Shown here piece after piece: positions 9,219 to 20,366 of a stretch of 64,000 bases of DNA. The position numbers and the translations under genes are program-made. Below the pieces are notes generated by a model. It had not been told where the DNA came from. It made no database searches and saw only the letters and a program-made list of their open reading frames with translations. Every line of letters starts with the position of its first letter. Position 1 is the first letter of the stretch. The DNA lies in assembly GCA_037440005.1 (NCBI GenBank), contig JBBIUY010000006.1, positions 1 through 64,000 of the forward strand. The letters run 5' to 3'. Source of the DNA: Armatimonadota bacterium (GTDB lineage Bacteria > Sysuimicrobiota > Sysuimicrobiia > Sysuimicrobiales > Kaftiobacteriaceae).

Positions 9219-9820
9219 GACCACAGGAGATCGCCGGCGTCCAGGAGCAACCGCGACCAGGTCTCCAGGCGGTCACGCAGAGCCGCCACCTCCGCCGGGC
9301 TGGCCAGGCCGCCGCGCAGCCGGTGGCCTTCCCGCACCCGGACGGCCGGACGGGCGACCTCCACCGCGTGGACCAGACCCAGGTGCACCCGCCCCACGGG
9401 CGTGGTGTCGTCGTTCAGCAGGCCCAGGGGGCGCAGAGTCCACGGCCCCTCGATGACCAGCTCTTCTTCCAGCTCCCTCCGCAGGCCCGCCTGGACCGGG
9501 TCGGCGGACCGGGCGAGGTCCGTCCGGGCCACGTGCCCGCCCACCCCGATGCTGTACAGGCCGTGCAGGCGCGCATCGCCGCCCCGGGACCTCTGGAACA
9601 GGAAGACTCTGTCCGCGCAGCGGACCACCAGGTAGGGGATGATCTGCTTGTATGCGGGGTCGTCTTCCACCGCCCTTCGGGGCAGGAACAGCCCGCGGGC
9701 GCGCACCACCTCCAGCACGTCCTGAAGGTCGCCGGGGACGAACCCGCAGGCCGGCAGGGGCGGCAGCCCGCGGCGGGGCACGACCAGGATCTCCTCGTCG
9801 GGGAACGCCGCAGCAGGCAT
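9206..9820 (-). CDS. NUDIX-fold phosphoesterase
   Basis: EDDPAYKQIIPY, SIGVGGH, RELEEEL, VGRVHLG. Confidence 0.85.
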   Translation of the reverse strand: MPAAAFPDEEILVVPRRGLPPLPACGFVPGDLQDVLEVVRARGLFLPRRAVEDDPAYKQIIPYLVVRCADRVFLFQRSRGGDARLHGLYSIGVGGHVARTDLARSADPVQAGLRRELEEELVIEGPWTLRPLGLLNDDTTPVGRVHLGLVHAVEVARPAVRVREGHRLRGGLASPAEVAALRDRLETWSRLLLDAGDLLWSCPR

Positions 9821-9858
9821 CGGTCGCGTCCGGTTCGCGGTCTATTCTCAGGCTGCCG

Positions 9859-11760
9859 CTACTGCCTGTTCAGCTCCTCGAACAGGTCCACCTGCTCGGG
9901 CAGGCCGACCACCGTCACTTCGTCTCCCTCCCACAGGACGGTGTCCGGAGGCGGGTTCACCACCACGCCGCCGTCCCGGCGGCGCACCGCCAGCACCCAC
10001 GCCCCCGTCCGCTCCCGGATCCTGGACTGGCGCAGCGAGCGGTCCCTCCACGCTCCCGGTCCGACCGGAACCACGCGCACGGCCAACAGCTGGCCGGCAC
10101 CGACCGGGCCGGGGCGCCCCGACTCCACAGCCCGCTGCTGCTCCATGTACGCCTTGACCCGCTCGTGGGGGATCCCGAGGGTCTCCAGGCCGTGCCGCAG
10201 CAGGGTCTGGGCGGCCTCGAACTCCGGCTGGATCACCTCGGACGCCCCCGCCGCGGCCAGCACCGGGCGGTCCTGGGGGTGCGGCGCCCGCGCCAGGACC
10301 GTCAGGGACGGATTGATCTCCTTCAGCCCCCTGACCGCCACTCGCGCGCGTTCGGGGTCCGGGAGGGCCACCACCGCCAGGCGTGCGTGCGCGGCGCCGG
10401 CGCGGCGCAGGACGGTCTCGCTGGCGGCGTCGCCGAACACACAGGGGACGCCTCGTTCGCGGAGCGCGTCGATCACCGCCCGATCCAGGTCCACCGCCGT
10501 GTAGGGAACCCGAAACGCCTCCAGGGCCTCGGCCACGGCCGACCCGACGCGGCCGAACCCGCAGATGACCACCTGCGGACGGCTCTCGTCGTCCGCGGGG
10601 GCGGGCCGCGGGGGCGCGGCCGGTTCCTCCAGCCACCGGTGGCCGACCTGCGCCAGCACGGCGGCCACCAGGATGGACAGCAGCGAGGCGGCCAGCAGCG
10701 ACTGGTACAGCGGTTCGGGCAGCAACCCGGCGCCCAGGGCCATCTGGGCCAGGACGAAGGAGAACTCCCCGGTCTGGGCCAGGTGGGCGCTGGCCAGAGC
10801 CGCCGTGGTCCACGGGTAGCCGAACAGCCGCAACACCCCCAGGCGCAGTCCCAGCTTCCCGCCCACGATGAGCGCCAGCAGCAGGGCCAGATCGGCGGGC
10901 CGGGTGGCCAGGACCTGGGGCTGCAGCAGCGTGCCGACGGAGACGAAGAACAGCGCCGCGAACAGGTCCCGCACCGGCAGGACGCGGGCCAGGACGTCGT
11001 GGGTGAGCGGGGACTCGCTGATGACCAGGCCGCCCACAAACGCGCCCAGCGCCAGCGACAGTCCCACGGCCTGGGCGAGGGCGGCCGCCCCGATGGCGAT
11101 GAGCAGGGCCACCAGGAGGAACAGCTCGGTGTTGCGGGTGCGGGCCACCCGGGCCAGGAGCACCGGCACGGCCCGGCTGGCCAGCACCAGCAGAGGCGCC
11201 AGCACCAGCACGGCCCGGCCCAGGCCCCGCGCCACCGCCCCGGGGCGGGCGTCGCCGCCGGCCAGGGCCATCAGCAGGGCGATCAGGACCACCACCACCA
11301 GGTCTTCCATGAGCGCGGTGGCCAGAGCGACCCGGGCGTGCGGAGCGTGGGTTTCCCCGCGCTCGGTCAGCAGCTTGGCCACCACCATGGTGCTGGCCAC
11401 CGAAATGACGACGCCCACCACCAGGGCCTGGCCGACCGGCCACCCCAGCAGAGCCCCGGCGGGGACCGTCGCTCCGATCAGCAGCCCCATCACCGCCGGC
11501 GCGCCCAGGAGGGCAGGACGGCCCAGTCGGGTCACCTCGTGCAGGGAGAGCTCGATGCCGACCGAGAACATCACCAGGACGACGCCGATCTCGGCCAGAG
11601 TCGCAAAGGCGGCGACGTCCCGGATCGCCGGCCCCGGGGTGAAGGGGCTGATCAGGAGGCCTCCCAGGACGTAGCCCACAAACAGGGGCTGGCCCGCCAG
11701 CCGGGCGAGGCCGCCTCCCGCCAGCGCAGCGGTCAGGACCAGGGCGATGTCGCGGACCAC
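9859..11760 (-). CDS. CPA2 cation:proton antiporter with RCK-N and RCK-C domains (YbaL/KefB-like)
   Basis: TM domain (AEIGVVLVMFSVGIE, AQTGEFSFV), GFGRVG Rossmann motif, C-terminal TrkA-C. Confidence 0.9.
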   Translation of the reverse strand: MVRDIALVLTAALAGGGLARLAGQPLFVGYVLGGLLISPFTPGPAIRDVAAFATLAEIGVVLVMFSVGIELSLHEVTRLGRPALLGAPAVMGLLIGATVPAGALLGWPVGQALVVGVVISVASTMVVAKLLTERGETHAPHARVALATALMEDLVVVVLIALLMALAGGDARPGAVARGLGRAVLVLAPLLVLASRAVPVLLARVARTRNTELFLLVALLIAIGAAALAQAVGLSLALGAFVGGLVISESPLTHDVLARVLPVRDLFAALFFVSVGTLLQPQVLATRPADLALLLALIVGGKLGLRLGVLRLFGYPWTTAALASAHLAQTGEFSFVLAQMALGAGLLPEPLYQSLLAASLLSILVAAVLAQVGHRWLEEPAAPPRPAPADDESRPQVVICGFGRVGSAVAEALEAFRVPYTAVDLDRAVIDALRERGVPCVFGDAASETVLRRAGAAHARLAVVALPDPERARVAVRGLKEINPSLTVLARAPHPQDRPVLAAAGASEVIQPEFEAAQTLLRHGLETLGIPHERVKAYMEQQRAVESGRPGPVGAGQLLAVRVVPVGPGAWRDRSLRQSRIRERTGAWVLAVRRRDGGVVVNPPPDTVLWEGDEVTVVGLPEQVDLFEELNRQ

Positions 11761-11808
11761 GGGGGATACCGGCGCCGGCCGCCGGGGGCCGGCTCCTTCA
11801 GGGAGGAA

Positions 11809-13056
11809 CTACGACTCGTCTCCCATGACCGCCTCCACCGCCTCCGCCTCGGTGACCGGACGGCGCGGACGGGGGAAGACGGCCCGCAGCAGCACGGGGG
11901 TGATGACGGTGGTGGCGAGGACCATGATCACCATGACCGCAAACCCCCGCTCGTCCAGCAGGCCCGTCTGGATGCCGATGGAGGCCACGATGAGGCCGAC
12001 CTCCCCCCGGCTCACCATACCCACGCCCACCCGCAGGGCCTCCCGGGGCGCAAACCCCGCCGCCCAGGCTCCGCCCCCGCAGCCCAGCACCTTGCCGGCC
12101 ACCGCGGCCAGGATGACCGCGAGGGCGAAGGGGACGTCGGAAGGCCGCAGCAGGCGGGCGTTGGTCTGCAGGCCAATGCTGATGAAGAAGACCGGCACCA
12201 GGATGGCGTAGGTGAACGTCCGCAGGCGGTGCTCCACCTCCTCCCGGAATCCGGCCCGGGCCACCAGCACCCCCGCCATGTAGGCGCCGGTGATGGCCGC
12301 CACCTGTCCCAGCGCTTCCGCCGCCCACGCATACAGAAGCAGGACCACCGTCACCGCCGCCAGCAGACCCTCGGAGACGGGTACCCGCCGCGCCCTGTGC
12401 AGCGCCTGGCCCAGGATCCACGCGCCCCCGGCGATGCCCGCGGCGAAGAAGGCCGCCATCCGCGCCGCCACCGTCCCCACCCGCGCGGCACCCCCCGCGC
12501 CGGCCCCGAAGGCCACGAACGCCGACAGGGCGATGAGCGCGATGACGTCGTCGATGACCGCCGCCGCCAGCAGGGTCGTCCCTTCTTTGGACTCCAGCTG
12601 ACCGAGTTCGATGAGGGTCTGCACGGTAATGCTGACGCTGGTGGCGGCCAGGACGATCCCGACAAAGATCGCCTGAGCGGGCGCAACGCCGAAGAACAGG
12701 GCCACGGCCGCCCCCAGCAGGAGGGGCGCCAGGACGCCGCTGACTCCCGCCACCGCCGCCACCGTCCCCACCCGCCGCATCTGCGCCAGGTCGGTCTCCA
12801 GGCCGGCCACGAACATGAGGAAGACGACTCCCAGGTTGGCCAGGTGGGCCACCACCGGGCCCAGGTCCGCCTCCCGGAACGCCGGCCAGGACAGGAGGTC
12901 CAGCAGCGACGGACCCAGCAGCACGCCGGCCAGGATCTCGCCGAACACCGCCGGCTGCCCGACCCGCTGGCTGGCCCACCCGGCGGCCTTGGCCGCCGTG
13001 ATGATCAGGGCCAGCAGGAGCAACAACTGCACCAGATGGCCGTGCTCGACGTGCAC
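11809..13056 (-). CDS. CPA2 Na+/H+ antiporter (NapA/GerN-like)
   Basis: GEILAGVLLGPS, ATSVSIT, AAVIDDV, MVSRGEV. GTG 13056 with GGAGGGAG RBS. Confidence 0.9.
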   Translation of the reverse strand: MHVEHGHLVQLLLLLALIITAAKAAGWASQRVGQPAVFGEILAGVLLGPSLLDLLSWPAFREADLGPVVAHLANLGVVFLMFVAGLETDLAQMRRVGTVAAVAGVSGVLAPLLLGAAVALFFGVAPAQAIFVGIVLAATSVSITVQTLIELGQLESKEGTTLLAAAVIDDVIALIALSAFVAFGAGAGGAARVGTVAARMAAFFAAGIAGGAWILGQALHRARRVPVSEGLLAAVTVVLLLYAWAAEALGQVAAITGAYMAGVLVARAGFREEVEHRLRTFTYAILVPVFFISIGLQTNARLLRPSDVPFALAVILAAVAGKVLGCGGGAWAAGFAPREALRVGVGMVSRGEVGLIVASIGIQTGLLDERGFAVMVIMVLATTVITPVLLRAVFPRPRRPVTEAEAVEAVMGDES

Positions 13057-13133
13057 GCTCTCCCTCCGTCGGCGTGACGTGGACCGCCCCCCGGTGTTTC
13101 GGCGCCTCAGCCCGCCGGCGCCTGCCGGGCACT

Positions 13134-14168
13134 TCAGGGTCTCAGAAAGACGACCACGAAGTACGCCGCGAGCAGGACCAGCCCCAGGGGGATCCCCAGC
13201 CGCGCCCACTCCCGGCTGCGGATGCCCAGGCGGTTGGCGGCGATGATGTTGGGGATGTTGCCGGGAATCAGCATCCCGCCGCTGACGAGCAGGCCCAGCA
13301 GCACCGCCCGCACCTGCTGGGCGCTCATGCGCGGGCTGATCTCGGCGGCGGTGAGGGTGGCGTTGTCCAGGATGGCCGAGACCATGTTGACCCAGTACAG
13401 CGCCCGCGCGTCCAGCGCGATCACGTACCGGTCAATGAGGGGCCGGAAGCCCTCTCCCAGCAGGGTGAGGGCCATCACGAAGACGTACACCCGCGCCGCC
13501 CGCGCCGCCACACTGCCGTAGGTCTCCGGAGGGGCCGCCTCCGCCAGCGTCTCCCCGCCGTAGCGCAGGGGCAGCGCCGCCACCACCGCCCCCAGCAGCA
13601 GGATCCCGGGGATCACCCACGGACCCAGCAGCCGCAGCAGAAACCAGAAGTCGGCCCCCAGCTTGGCGGTGGCGATGGTGGACAGGGGTTCGCCCACCGG
13701 CGTCAGCGCCGCGCCCAGCCCGATGGCCATGCAGGCGACGACCACCAGGCGGGTCTCGTCCTCCCGGCGGAAGCGCAGGGCGCTGACCACCTCCACCAGG
13801 ACCAGCGACGCGATGATGACGGTGATGACGCTGCTGGCCAGGGCCAGGACGGTGACTACCGCGGCCACCACCGCCCGCATGGGCAGGACCAGGCGCAGGC
13901 GCACCAGCAGGGCCCCCAGGTGGGGGCGGGTCCAGTGGAACAGCAGGCCCGCCACAAACACCGCCGCCGTGATAGGCAGCGGGTGGGTGAGGGCCGCGGC
14001 GACCAGGGGGGCTGACAGAACCCCTGCCGCGGCCGCGCTGAGGGCCCCCATGACGAACAGGAAAGCCTCCAGGTTCTGCTCCACCCGGCGGACCAGCAGC
14101 GGCAGGACCAGGACCAGCGCCAGGACGACCAGGTCGACGGCGACGATGACGTCCACAACGGTCACCAT
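13134..14168 (-). CDS. DUF1646 family membrane protein (putative cation transporter)
   Basis: VEQNLEAFLFVMG, LTPVGEPLSTI, LDNATL, GGMLIPGNIPNII. Confidence 0.8.
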   Translation of the reverse strand: MVTVVDVIVAVDLVVLALVLVLPLLVRRVEQNLEAFLFVMGALSAAAAGVLSAPLVAAALTHPLPITAAVFVAGLLFHWTRPHLGALLVRLRLVLPMRAVVAAVVTVLALASSVITVIIASLVLVEVVSALRFRREDETRLVVVACMAIGLGAALTPVGEPLSTIATAKLGADFWFLLRLLGPWVIPGILLLGAVVAALPLRYGGETLAEAAPPETYGSVAARAARVYVFVMALTLLGEGFRPLIDRYVIALDARALYWVNMVSAILDNATLTAAEISPRMSAQQVRAVLLGLLVSGGMLIPGNIPNIIAANRLGIRSREWARLGIPLGLVLLAAYFVVVFLRP

Positions 14169-14199
14169 TATACGGGACGGACCGCGGGCCGCCGGGCCG

Positions 14200-14727
14200 T
14201 CACGCCCCGTACAGGATCCGGGCGCAGCCGACCGGGCCCAGGATCTCCATGCGGGTCAGCGACGAGGCGTCCTGGCTCTGCAGATCCACCCGGACCGTCA
14301 GGACCTGCTCGGCGCTCCACAGAAGGGGCCACAGCAGCCGCAGGTCCGCCGGCACCGGCAGGGTGGCGCCTTCGGCCTCCACCCAGCGCAGCTCGCCCTC
14401 CTCCGACTCCACCGGCTCGCCCGGGGGCGCCGGGGCGGTGAACACGAACAGCACCCACCGCTCGCCGGTGGACCGGACCGAGACGACCTCCACCGCGCGC
14501 AGGCGCGGCCGGGCGATCTGCAACCCGGTCTCTTCCCGGACCTCGCGCACGCACGCCGCAAACGGGTCCTCCCCGGGGGCCACCTTGCCGCCCACGGCGT
14601 TCCACAGTCCCGCGTTGGGAGGGCGCCGGCGTCGCAGGAGCAGCACGTGGTCGCCCCGGCGCAGCAGGCACAGCGTCCGCACCGGGCTGATGGGAGTCTC
14701 CCTGCGGGCAGCGCGGGCGGCCGTCAC
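14200..14727 (-). CDS. NUDIX hydrolase (8-oxo-dGTP diphosphatase-like)
   Basis: WNAVGGKVAPGEDPFAACVREVREETGL Nudix box, ESEEGELRW. GTG overlaps the trpA stop; start uncertain. Confidence 0.85.
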   Translation of the reverse strand: MTAARAARRETPISPVRTLCLLRRGDHVLLLRRRRPPNAGLWNAVGGKVAPGEDPFAACVREVREETGLQIARPRLRAVEVVSVRSTGERWVLFVFTAPAPPGEPVESEEGELRWVEAEGATLPVPADLRLLWPLLWSAEQVLTVRVDLQSQDASSLTRMEILGPVGCARILYGA

Positions 14728-15548
14728 CGCGCGGAGGGTGGGGACGGCGACACCCCCGGGGCCGCGCGGCGAATGGAGGCCAGGGCGTCGCGCAGGCGCC
14801 CCAGCAGGTCTCGGACGGCGCCCACCGGATCGTCCGCCTTCTCCACCGCCTCCACCAGGGCGCTGCCCACGATCACCCCGTCGGCCACCTGGCCCAGGGC
14901 CCGGGCCTGCTGCGGGGTGGCGATGCCGAATCCCACGCAGACCGGTAGGGCCGTCGCCGCCCGGGCGCGGCGCACCAGGGCCTCCGCCTCGGGAGGAACC
15001 GCGTCCCGCGCCCCGGTGACCCCGGTGAGGGACACGCAGTACAGAAAGCCGCGGCTGTGGCGGACGGCCAGGGCCAGGCGGGGTGGGGAGGTGGTCGGCG
15101 CCACGAGGAAGATGGTGTCCAGGCCGGCGCGGCGGGCGGGGGCGATCAGGAAGTCGGCCTCGTCGGCGGGCAGGTCGGGGACCACCACTCCGTCCACGCC
15201 CGCGGCCCGGGCCCGGGCGCAGAAGCGCTCCACCCCGAACTGCAGGAGGGGGTTGGCGTAGGAGAGGAGGACCAGGGGCCGGTCGACCGCATCGCGCAGC
15301 TGCGCGACGAGCTCCAGCGCCGCCGCCACCGTCACGCCGGCGCGCAGAGCCCGGGCCCCGGCCCGCTGGATCGTGGGGCCGTCGGCGATGGGGTCCGAGA
15401 AGGGGACCCCGACCTCCAGGATGTCCCCCGCCTCCGCGGCGGCGGCCAGCAGTTGCGCGCTTAGCTCCAGGTCCGGGTCGCCCGCCATGAGAAACGGCAC
15501 CAGCGCGGGGCGGTCCAGGCGGGCGAACGCGGCGGCGATCCGGCTCAC
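14724..15548 (-). CDS. trpA: Tryptophan synthase alpha chain
   Basis: [36 protein letters not shown]. Confidence 0.96.
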   Translation of the reverse strand: MSRIAAAFARLDRPALVPFLMAGDPDLELSAQLLAAAAEAGDILEVGVPFSDPIADGPTIQRAGARALRAGVTVAAALELVAQLRDAVDRPLVLLSYANPLLQFGVERFCARARAAGVDGVVVPDLPADEADFLIAPARRAGLDTIFLVAPTTSPPRLALAVRHSRGFLYCVSLTGVTGARDAVPPEAEALVRRARAATALPVCVGFGIATPQQARALGQVADGVIVGSALVEAVEKADDPVGAVRDLLGRLRDALASIRRAAPGVSPSPPSAR

Positions 15549-16759
15549 GGGACCCCCGCGGGGGAGGGCGCGCGCCCCAGGGCGCGGGCCACCACCTCCA
15601 CGTCTTTGTCCCCCCGCCCGGACAGACCCACCACCACCACGGCGCCGTCCGGGAGCTCCCGCACCAGACGCGGCAGGTAGCCCAGCGCGTGCGCCGGCTC
15701 CAGGGCCGGCAGGATCCCCTCGGTGCGCGCAAGCAGAACAAACCCTTCCAGGGCCTCGGCGTCGGTGACGGCGACGTACTCGGCGCGACCCGTCTCCTTG
15801 AGATGGGCGTGCTCGGGCCCCACCGCCGGGTAGTCCAGGCCGGCGGAGATGGAGTGGGTCGGACGCACCTGCCCGTGGTCGTCCTGCAGAAGGTAGGTCA
15901 ACGCCCCGTGGAGGATCCCCGGCCGGCCGGCGGCCAGGGTGGCGGCGTGCCGGCCGCTGGCCAGGCCCTCGCCCCCCGCCTCCACCCCCACCAGCCGCAC
16001 GGGGTCGTCGCGGAAGGCGGTGAACAGCCCGATGGCGTTGGAGCCGCCGCCCACGCAGGCCACCGCCGCGTCGGGCAGGCGGCCTTCCGCCTCCAGGATC
16101 TGGGCCCGCGCTTCGCGCCCGATCACCGCCTGGAGGTCGCGCACGATGGTGGGATAGGGGTGGGGGCCCACCACCGACCCGATGACGTAGAAGGTCGTGC
16201 GCACGTTGGTCACCCAGTCGCGCAAAGCCTCGTTGATGGCGTCCTTGAGCGTGCGGCTGCCGGCGTCCACCGGGACGACCTCCGCCCCCAGCAGGCGCAT
16301 GCGGACCGCGTTGAGGTGCTGGCGGGCCATGTCCTCGGTGCCCATGTAGACGGCGCACTGCAGCCCCAGCAGCGCCGCCGCCGTGGCCGTGGCCACGCCG
16401 TGCTGGCCGGCCCCGGTCTCGGCGATCACCCGGGTCTTGCCCATGGCCCGGGCCAGCAGGACCTGACCCAGGGCGTTGGTGATCTTGTGGGCGCCGGTGT
16501 GCAGCAGATCCTCGCGCTTGAGGTAGATCCGCGCCGCCCCCAGCGCCCGGGACAGCCGTTCGGCGAAGAACAGGGGCGTGGGCCGGCCGGCGTAGGTGCG
16601 CAGCAGGTGGCGGTAGCGCCCGGTGAACTCCGGGTCCTCCCGCAGCCGGGCGTAGGCCTCCTCCAGCTCCTCCAGGGCGGGGATCACCGTCTCGGGGACG
16701 AAGCGCCCGCCAAAGGAGCCGAAGTAGCCCCGCCGCCCGGGCGCCGCCCCGTCCGCCAT
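15545..16759 (-). CDS. trpB: Tryptophan synthase beta chain
   Basis: [37 protein letters not shown]. Confidence 0.97.
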   Translation of the reverse strand: MADGAAPGRRGYFGSFGGRFVPETVIPALEELEEAYARLREDPEFTGRYRHLLRTYAGRPTPLFFAERLSRALGAARIYLKREDLLHTGAHKITNALGQVLLARAMGKTRVIAETGAGQHGVATATAAALLGLQCAVYMGTEDMARQHLNAVRMRLLGAEVVPVDAGSRTLKDAINEALRDWVTNVRTTFYVIGSVVGPHPYPTIVRDLQAVIGREARAQILEAEGRLPDAAVACVGGGSNAIGLFTAFRDDPVRLVGVEAGGEGLASGRHAATLAAGRPGILHGALTYLLQDDHGQVRPTHSISAGLDYPAVGPEHAHLKETGRAEYVAVTDAEALEGFVLLARTEGILPALEPAHALGYLPRLVRELPDGAVVVVGLSGRGDKDVEVVARALGRAPSPAGVP

Positions 16760-17391
16760 CACCGGCCGTCCTCCCGCGCGTCCCACCGCCGCACCGCCTC
16801 CACGAACGCCCGGATCTTCGCCGGGTCCTTGCGCCCGTCGGTCTCCACCCCGCTGCTGACGTCCACGCCGTAGGGCCGCACCCGCGCCAGGGCGTCCGTG
16901 ACGTTGGCGGCGTTCAGCCCGCCCGACAGGATGATCCGGTGCTCCCGCCCCAGCCCGGCCGCCAGGTCCCAGTCAAAGGTGCGCCCGGTGCCGCCGGGGC
17001 TGCCGGGGGCGTAGGCGTCCAGCAAGAACGCGCTCACCCGGTACCGCCCCAGGGCCTCCAGCGACCGCGCGTCCGCCACCCGCACCGCCTTGATCACCGG
17101 CACCGGCAGGGCCCGGCACAGCTCGGGGGGCTCGTCCCCGTGCAGCTGGACGGCGCTGAGGCCGCAGGCCGCCACCGCCTCCAGGATGCGCTCCCGGGTC
17201 TCGTCCACGAACACCCCCACCCGCGCCACAAACGGCGGCAGGATCGCCGCCAGGGCGGCCGCCTGCTCCACGGTCACCCGCCGGCGGCTGGGAGCGAACA
17301 CGAAGCCCACGGCGTCGGCCCCCGCCTCCGCCGCAGCGCGGGCGGCGTCGGGCTCCCAGATGCCGCAGATCTTAACCCGCGTCACGACCAC
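16759..17391 (-). CDS. trpF: Phosphoribosylanthranilate isomerase
   Basis: [28 protein letters not shown]. Confidence 0.96.
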   Translation of the reverse strand: MVVTRVKICGIWEPDAARAAAEAGADAVGFVFAPSRRRVTVEQAAALAAILPPFVARVGVFVDETRERILEAVAACGLSAVQLHGDEPPELCRALPVPVIKAVRVADARSLEALGRYRVSAFLLDAYAPGSPGGTGRTFDWDLAAGLGREHRIILSGGLNAANVTDALARVRPYGVDVSSGVETDGRKDPAKIRAFVEAVRRWDAREDGR

Positions 17392-17426
17392 ACCCGCCAG
17401 ATCAGTGACCCGCCACCTCCGACCCC

Positions 17427-17489
17427 GATCTCTGATCTCTGATCCCTGATCCCTGATCTCAGATCCCCGATCCCTGATCCCCGATCCCC
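17427..17489. repeat. Tandem heptamer array (GATCYCH) x9
   Basis: gatctct gatctct gatccct gatccct gatctca gatcccc gatccct gatcccc gatcccc between trpS and trpF. Confidence 0.9.
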
Positions 17490-17508
17490 GTCCTCAACCC
17501 CCGGCCCG

Positions 17509-18555
17509 TCACAGGCGCAGCCCCATCTTCGCCCGCACCTCCTCCATGGTGGCCTGGGCCACCGGGCGGGCGCGGCGGGCGCCGGCGGCCAGGATGTCCC
17601 GGACCTCGTCGGGGCGCTCCATCAGCGCCCGATACCTCTCCCGGACGGGCGCGAACGTCTCCACGATCGCCTCGGCCAGCACCTGCTTCATCTCGCTGTA
17701 GCGGACGGTCCCGGCCTGGTAGGCCTCCACGAACTCGGGGTAACGGTCCGGGGCGAACACCTCCAGCAGGGTGAACAGGTTGGCCACGCCGGGGCTGGCC
17801 TGGTCCAGAGCCGCCCCGGGCGCCGGCGGCCCCGGGTCGGTGACGGCGGCCCGGACCTTGCGGCGGATGCTATCGGGATCCTCCACCAGGGCGATGTAGC
17901 TGCCCGGCACGCTCTTGCTCATCTTCACCGCGGGGTCGTTGAGGGCCATGATCCGCGCCCCCTTGGTCAGGCGCGCCTCGGGCAGCGGGAACGTCTCGCC
18001 GAACTGCTTGTTGAAGCGCTCGGCGATGTCCCGCATCAGCTCCACGTGCTGCACCTGGTCCTCCCCCACCGGCACCAGGCTCGCCTTGTACAGCAGCACG
18101 TCGGCGGCCTGCAGCACCGGGTAGTTGAGCAGGCCCGCCATGACGCCCCGACGGGCGTACCGGCTCTTCTCCTTGAACTGGGTCATGCGCTCCAGCTGTC
18201 CCAGGGGCGTCAGCACGTTGAGCAGCCACATGAGCTCGCAGTGTTCGGGCACGTGGGACTGCACGAACAGCACCGACCGCTGGGGGTCGATCCCGGCGGC
18301 GATGTTGGCGGCGGCGGCCTCCAGCACCCGCTGCGGGAACTCGGCGGGGTCGTAGGGCACGGTGATGGCGTGCAGGTCCACGATGCAGAAGTAGGACTCA
18401 TGCTCCCGCTGCAGCTGCACCCACTGCCGCAGGGCGCCCACGTAGTTGCCGATGTGGATGACGCCCGTGGGCTGGATGCCCGAGAACACCCGCACCGGCA
18501 CGGCCGGCGCGCCGGCGCGGGCGGGCTGGGGCTGGGTGTCGACTCGCGACGTCAT
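17509..18555 (-). CDS. trpS: Tryptophan--tRNA ligase
   Basis: FSGIQPTG, HIGN, YPVLQAAD, GEDQ, KMSKS. ATG overlaps the trpC stop. Confidence 0.96.
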   Translation of the reverse strand: MTSRVDTQPQPARAGAPAVPVRVFSGIQPTGVIHIGNYVGALRQWVQLQREHESYFCIVDLHAITVPYDPAEFPQRVLEAAAANIAAGIDPQRSVLFVQSHVPEHCELMWLLNVLTPLGQLERMTQFKEKSRYARRGVMAGLLNYPVLQAADVLLYKASLVPVGEDQVQHVELMRDIAERFNKQFGETFPLPEARLTKGARIMALNDPAVKMSKSVPGSYIALVEDPDSIRRKVRAAVTDPGPPAPGAALDQASPGVANLFTLLEVFAPDRYPEFVEAYQAGTVRYSEMKQVLAEAIVETFAPVRERYRALMERPDEVRDILAAGARRARPVAQATMEEVRAKMGLRL

Positions 18556-19310
18556 GGGACACCTCGCAGGGCGCGCAGCGTCCTCGCCGGGTCGGCGCTG
18601 GCCATCAGGGACGTCCCCACCAGGACGGCGTCCACGCCGGCCCGCTCCACCTGCAGGACCTGCGCCCGGGTCCGAAAGCCGCTTTCGCTGACCACCAGCA
18701 CCCCTGGAGGGATCAGCGGCCGCAGCCGCAGGGTGGTCTGCAGGTCCACCTCCAGGGTCCGCAGGTCCCGGTTGTTGATCCCCACCAGGTCGGCGCCGGC
18801 GGCCAGGGCGGCGGCCACCTCCTCGGGGGTGTGCACCTCCACCAGGGCGTCCAGCCCCCGGCGGCGGGCGTGGGCCACGAAGGCCCGCAGCCGGCCTTCG
18901 TCCAGGACCGACGCCATCAGCAGCACCGCCGCCGCGCCGGCGGCGGCCGCGTCGTCGATCTGCACGGTGTCGACGACGACCTCCTTGCACAGCACCGGCA
19001 GGCGGGTGGCCCGGCAGACGGCGGCCAGCGCCTCCCACGACCCGCCGAAGTACCGGGCGTCGGTCAGCACCGACAGCGCGCCGGCGCCCGCCTCTCCCAA
19101 GACCCGGGCCATGGCCACGGGGTCCACGCCCGGACGGATCAGCCCCGCCGACGGGGAGGCCGCCTTGATCTCGGCGATGACCACCAGCCCGGGGGCGGCC
19201 ACGGCCTGGCGGAACCGGCCCGGGCGGGCCGGCGGCGGGGTGGGGAGGGGGCGGGCGGCCTTGCGGGCCGCCACCTCCGCCTTTTTGTGGGCCACGATCT
19301 CGTCCAGCAC
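18552..19310 (-). CDS. trpC: Indole-3-glycerol phosphate synthase
   Basis: IAEIKAASPS, LSVLTD, GINNRDL, VSESG. Confidence 0.95.
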   Translation of the reverse strand: MLDEIVAHKKAEVAARKAARPLPTPPPARPGRFRQAVAAPGLVVIAEIKAASPSAGLIRPGVDPVAMARVLGEAGAGALSVLTDARYFGGSWEALAAVCRATRLPVLCKEVVVDTVQIDDAAAAGAAAVLLMASVLDEGRLRAFVAHARRRGLDALVEVHTPEEVAAALAAGADLVGINNRDLRTLEVDLQTTLRLRPLIPPGVLVVSESGFRTRAQVLQVERAGVDAVLVGTSLMASADPARTLRALRGVP

Positions 19311-19334
19311 CCCGACGCCCTCCCGAGGATGCGG

Positions 19335-20366
19335 TCAGGACACCGCCGCGCGGGTGTGCGCCCGCAGGGCCTCCAGTTTCTCGTAGGCCGCGCCCGCGTC
19401 GATGGCCTGCGCCGCCAGGGCCACACCCTCCCGCCAGTCCCCGGCCAGGCCCGCCGCCATCAGCGCCGCCCCGGCGTTGGCCAGGACCACGTCCCGCCGC
19501 GGCCCGCGCTCGCCCCGCAGGACCGCTTCGGCGATCGCGGCGTTGACCTCCGGAGGCCCTCCGGCGATCGCCTCGGCCGACGCCCGGGGCAGGCCCAGGT
19601 CCTCGGGGCTGACGGTGTACGTCCGCACCCGCCCGTCGCGCCACTCGCTGACCCGGGTGGGTCCCACCGTGGAGACCTCGTCGATCCCGTCCAGGCCGTG
19701 CACCACCAGAGCGCGGCGGGCGCCCATCTCCCCCAGCACCCGGGCCATCATCTCGGTCAGGTCCGGGCTGTAGGCGCCCACCACCAGGTAGCCGGCGTTG
19801 GCGGGATTGGTCAGCGGCCCCAGGATGTTGAACACGGTGCGGATGCCGATCTCCCGCCGGGGAGCCACGGCGTGCTTCATCGCCGCGTGGTACAGCGGCG
19901 CAAAGAGAAAGCCGATGCCGATGTCCTCGATCGCCCGGCGCACCACCTCGGGCGGCACCTGGATGCGCACGCCCAGGGCCTCCAGCACGTCGGCGGCCCC
20001 CGACAGGCGCGAGACCGCCCGGTTCCCGTGCTTGGCCACGTAGCCCCCGGCCGCGGCCACCACGAAGGCGCTGGTGGTGGAGATGTTGAAGGTGCTGAGG
20101 CGGTCTCCGCCGGTGCCCACCACGTCGATGAGGGTGTCCACCGCCGGCGTGATGCGCTGGGCCCGCTCCCGCATGGCGCGGGCGAACCCGGCGACTTCCT
20201 CCACCGTCTCCCCCTTCATCCGCAGGGCGGTGATCAGGGCCGCGATCTGCGCCGGCGTGGCCTGCCCGTCCATCACCTCGCCCATGGCGGCCCACGCCTC
20301 CTGCTCGGTCAGGCTCTCCCGGCCCACCACCTTCCGGATCGCCTCCACCACCGCCGCCACGGTCAC
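19335..20366 (-). CDS. trpD: Anthranilate phosphoribosyltransferase
   Basis: [36 protein letters not shown]. Confidence 0.95.
   Translation of the reverse strand: MTVAAVVEAIRKVVGRESLTEQEAWAAMGEVMDGQATPAQIAALITALRMKGETVEEVAGFARAMRERAQRITPAVDTLIDVVGTGGDRLSTFNISTTSAFVVAAAGGYVAKHGNRAVSRLSGAADVLEALGVRIQVPPEVVRRAIEDIGIGFLFAPLYHAAMKHAVAPRREIGIRTVFNILGPLTNPANAGYLVVGAYSPDLTEMMARVLGEMGARRALVVHGLDGIDEVSTVGPTRVSEWRDGRVRTYTVSPEDLGLPRASAEAIAGGPPEVNAAIAEAVLRGERGPRRDVVLANAGAALMAAGLAGDWREGVALAAQAIDAGAAYEKLEALRAHTRAAVS

Noticed and set aside
17509..20295. Apparent 928-aa TrpS fusion
   Set aside because: The N-terminal part is an off-frame reading over trpD and trpC; TrpS starts at 18555.
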